Below are positions 61,855 through 64,000 of a DNA stretch of 64,000 nt, piece after piece. Origin of the DNA: an uncultured Pseudomonadota bacterium (GTDB lineage: Bacteria; Desulfobacterota; Syntrophorhabdia; Syntrophorhabdales; CAYQXL01); the NCBI GenBank assembly GCA_964651435.1, contig CAZYVU010000004.1:49660-113659 (forward strand), in the 5' to 3' direction. The notes beneath the pieces were generated by a model. That model saw nothing but the letters and a program-made list of their open reading frames with translations, was not told where the DNA came from and did no database searches. The first letter of the stretch is position 1. Each line of letters begins with the position of its first letter. The translations under genes were made by a program, and so were the position numbers.

Positions 61855-63048
61855 ATGAAATACGTTAACGAAATAGATGTTACAGGCAAAAGGGTTTTTC
61901 TCCGTGTAGATTTCAACGTGCCCGTCGACGGGCAGGGAAATATTACCGACGACACCCGCATCCGGGCCCACCTGCCCACCATCGGCTACCTGCTTGAGGC
62001 GGGGGCCAAGGTTATCATCGGGTCCCACATGGGGCGGCCTAAAGGGAAAAAGTCGGATGCCCTCTCTCTCAAGGTCTGCGCGGCAAGGCTCTCGGCACTG
62101 CTGCAGAGAGAGGTGCAGTTTGTCGGCGACTGCATCGGTCCCGAGGCCGAGCAGGCGGTGGCAAAGATGAAGGAGGGCGATATTCTCCTTCTTGAGAACC
62201 TCCGATTCTACATCGGCGAAGAGAAAAACGACCCCGAGCTTGCAAAGGACCTGGCCAAACTGTGCGACGTTTACGTAGACGACGCCTTTGCCGTCTCCCA
62301 CCGCAAGGCAGCTTCAAACTATGCCATTACGGATTATGTAAAGGTTTGTGCCGGCGGCTTTCTGCTGAGAAACGAGCTTGAATACTTCGCCAAGGCGATG
62401 CTCAATCCCGTGCGCCCGCTGGTGGCAATCATCGGCGGCGCCAAGGTCTCCGACAAGATCGGCGTCCTTGAGTCCCTGGCCGAAAAGGTGGACAAACTCA
62501 TCGTCGGCGGAGGCATGGCTTTCACGTTCCTGAGGGCATTGGGGTACGATACGGGTACGTCTCTCTGTGAAGAAAACATGCTCGACCTGGCACGAAATAT
62601 TATGGAAAAGGCAAAGACCAACGGGGTTAAATTCTATCTCCCCGTGGATTGCGTGGTGGCCCAGACGGCGGCAGCCGATGCGGAGACAAAGGTCGTCACC
62701 GTTCAGGAGATCCCGAAAGAATGGATGGGGCTTGACATCGGCCCTGCCACCACAAGCCTCTTCGCAGCGGCAATCCAGAACGCCAGGACCATCGTCTGGA
62801 ACGGTCCGATGGGCATGTTCGAGCTCGACCCATTCAGCAGGGGCACCTTCGCCATGGTCACCTATGTCGCCAATTCCCATGCCCTCACCATTCTCGGCGG
62901 CGGCGATACCGATGTTGCGGTGCACCGGGCCGGAGAGAGTCAGAAGATCTCCTACATTTCGACGGGTGGCGGCGCCTTCCTGGAGCTTCTGGAGGGCAAG
63001 ACCATGCCTGCGGTAGAGGCCCTCGAGAAGGCCGCGGAGGCATCATGA
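61855..63048 (+). CDS. pgk: phosphoglycerate kinase
   Basis: ..RVDFNVP.., ..SHMGRPKG.., ..STGGGAFLE... Confidence 0.95.
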   Translation: MKYVNEIDVTGKRVFLRVDFNVPVDGQGNITDDTRIRAHLPTIGYLLEAGAKVIIGSHMGRPKGKKSDALSLKVCAARLSALLQREVQFVGDCIGPEAEQAVAKMKEGDILLLENLRFYIGEEKNDPELAKDLAKLCDVYVDDAFAVSHRKAASNYAITDYVKVCAGGFLLRNELEYFAKAMLNPVRPLVAIIGGAKVSDKIGVLESLAEKVDKLIVGGGMAFTFLRALGYDTGTSLCEENMLDLARNIMEKAKTNGVKFYLPVDCVVAQTAAADAETKVVTVQEIPKEWMGLDIGPATTSLFAAAIQNARTIVWNGPMGMFELDPFSRGTFAMVTYVANSHALTILGGGDTDVAVHRAGESQKISYISTGGGAFLELLEGKTMPAVEALEKAAEAS

Positions 63049-63803
63049 GAGAGTGGATCGTCGCGGGCAACTGGAAAATGAACAACTCCATCGCCGAGTC
63101 TTGCACCCTCGCCGAAAAGGTAAGGGACGAGACGAAAGGCGTTGCGGGCGGCACCATTATTGTGGCCCCTCCCGTTACGGCCCTCAAGAGCGTTCATGAA
63201 GTCATCAAGGAGTCGCAGGTCAAGCTGGCGGCACAAAACCTTTTCTTTGAGGAGAAAGGCGCCTACACGGGCGAGGTGTCACCGGACATGCTCATAGACG
63301 TCGGATGCACATACGTCATTATCGGCCACTCTGAGCGCAGAAAATACTTTCACGAAACCGATGACGGCGTGAACCTGAAAGTGAAAAAGGCCCTGGAGAA
63401 GGGCCTCAAGGTCATCATGTGCGTGGGAGAAACGGACGAAGAGCGCACGAGGGGCATCACGCAGTTCGTCGTCGGCATCCAGGTTAAGAAGGGGCTGGCC
63501 GGCATCCCGGCCCTTGACAATATCATCGTGGCATACGAGCCCGTGTGGGCCATCGGCACGGGAAAGAACGCAACGGCGGACCAAGCCCAGGAGGTACACG
63601 CCTTTATCCGGAAAGAGCTTGCAGGTCTTTACGGGGCCGCCGCCGACGCAACACAGATTCTCTACGGGGGCAGCGTCACACCGGACAATATCGTTGAGCT
63701 GGGAGGAATGGCCGACGTAGACGGAGCGCTCGTCGGCGGAGCATCCTTGAAAGCGGAATCATTTGTTGGTATAATAAGAAGGTTAGCGGAGAGACGTGCA
63801 TGA
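63045..63803 (+). CDS. tpiA: triose-phosphate isomerase
   Basis: ..AGNWKMN.., ..IIGHSERR.., ..AYEPVWAIGTG... Confidence 0.95.
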   Translation: MREWIVAGNWKMNNSIAESCTLAEKVRDETKGVAGGTIIVAPPVTALKSVHEVIKESQVKLAAQNLFFEEKGAYTGEVSPDMLIDVGCTYVIIGHSERRKYFHETDDGVNLKVKKALEKGLKVIMCVGETDEERTRGITQFVVGIQVKKGLAGIPALDNIIVAYEPVWAIGTGKNATADQAQEVHAFIRKELAGLYGAAADATQILYGGSVTPDNIVELGGMADVDGALVGGASLKAESFVGIIRRLAERRA

Positions 63804-64000
63804 TTACGGCAATTGCAATTATCCATCTCATCATCAGTATCGGCCTCATACTCATCGTCCTCCTCCAGCACGGAAGGGGCAGCGAGATCGGGGCAGCCTT
63901 CGGCGGAGGGTCGAGCCAGACCCTGTTCGGCAGTTCGGGCTCGTCTACCTTTATGACGAAACTGACTACGGGCGCCGTCGCCGTATTCATGATAACAAGT
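63800..64000 (+). CDS. secG: preprotein translocase subunit SecG, 3' end cut by window edge
   Basis: Not in the ORF track because no stop falls within the window. My translation: MITAIAIIHLIISIGLILIVLLQHGRGSEIGAAFGGGSSQTLFGSSGSSTFMTKLT... ATGA overlap with tpiA. Confidence 0.85.
   Translation, partial: MITAIAIIHLIISIGLILIVLLQHGRGSEIGAAFGGGSSQTLFGSSGSSTFMTKLTTGAVAVFMITS

Overview
GC-rich bacterial chromosomal window, almost entirely coding: about 65 protein genes. Reading by eye, I found no rRNA, tRNA, CRISPR array, transposase or phage genes. Gene content suggests an anaerobe of the Desulfobacterota/deltaproteobacterial type; this is inference only. Layout: (1) 1-10.9 kb holds a cofactor island. 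A PAS/sigma-54 activator (3228-4625) sits between two sigma-54 promoters. One promoter drives DUF89, an IscU-like protein and probably moaA. The other drives a NifX-like protein, DUF5320, a NifX-like::DUF5320 fusion, XdhC, a radical SAM protein, an MBL-fold protein and a ZIP permease. (2) 9.8-16 kb is a minus-strand operon: FAD oxidase, HdrD/GlcF-like Fe-S protein, orphan TAXI binding protein, PrpD-family protein, MoaE-like protein and DUF1847. (3) 16.2-18.9 kb is a second small module, DUF134, NifX-like and a Cys-rich FmdB zinc ribbon. It converges on an IscS-like gene that lacks the PLP lysine and an IscU with a zinc-ribbon tail. (4) Next come a YeiH-type transporter, a radical SAM/SPASM plus GNAT-like pair, an AhbA/NirD-like protein coupled to polA, yihY, a partial peptide ABC system, coaX, birA, an EF-G paralogue and a class II phosphodiesterase-like protein. 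(5) 33.6-38 kb is an operon led by an RfaH/NusG paralogue, with a transglutaminase-like protein and an ABC exporter. It is followed by hflX (no canonical start for its conserved N-terminus), a thioesterase and rlmN. (6) 41-55 kb is a surface-polysaccharide locus: WecA-like, Wzy-like/TPR giant, epimerase, five glycosyltransferases, a GT-C-like membrane protein and a flippase. (7) 55-64 kb is housekeeping: queA-tgt-yajC-rpsF-(PriB-like)-rpsR-rplI-dnaB-pgsA-like, then gap-pgk-tpiA-secG. The strongest candidate for an undescribed system is the sigma-54-controlled NifX-like/DUF5320/XdhC/radical-SAM/MBL/ZIP set, together with the related DUF134 module. All family assignments rest on motifs read from the supplied translations, not on database searches.
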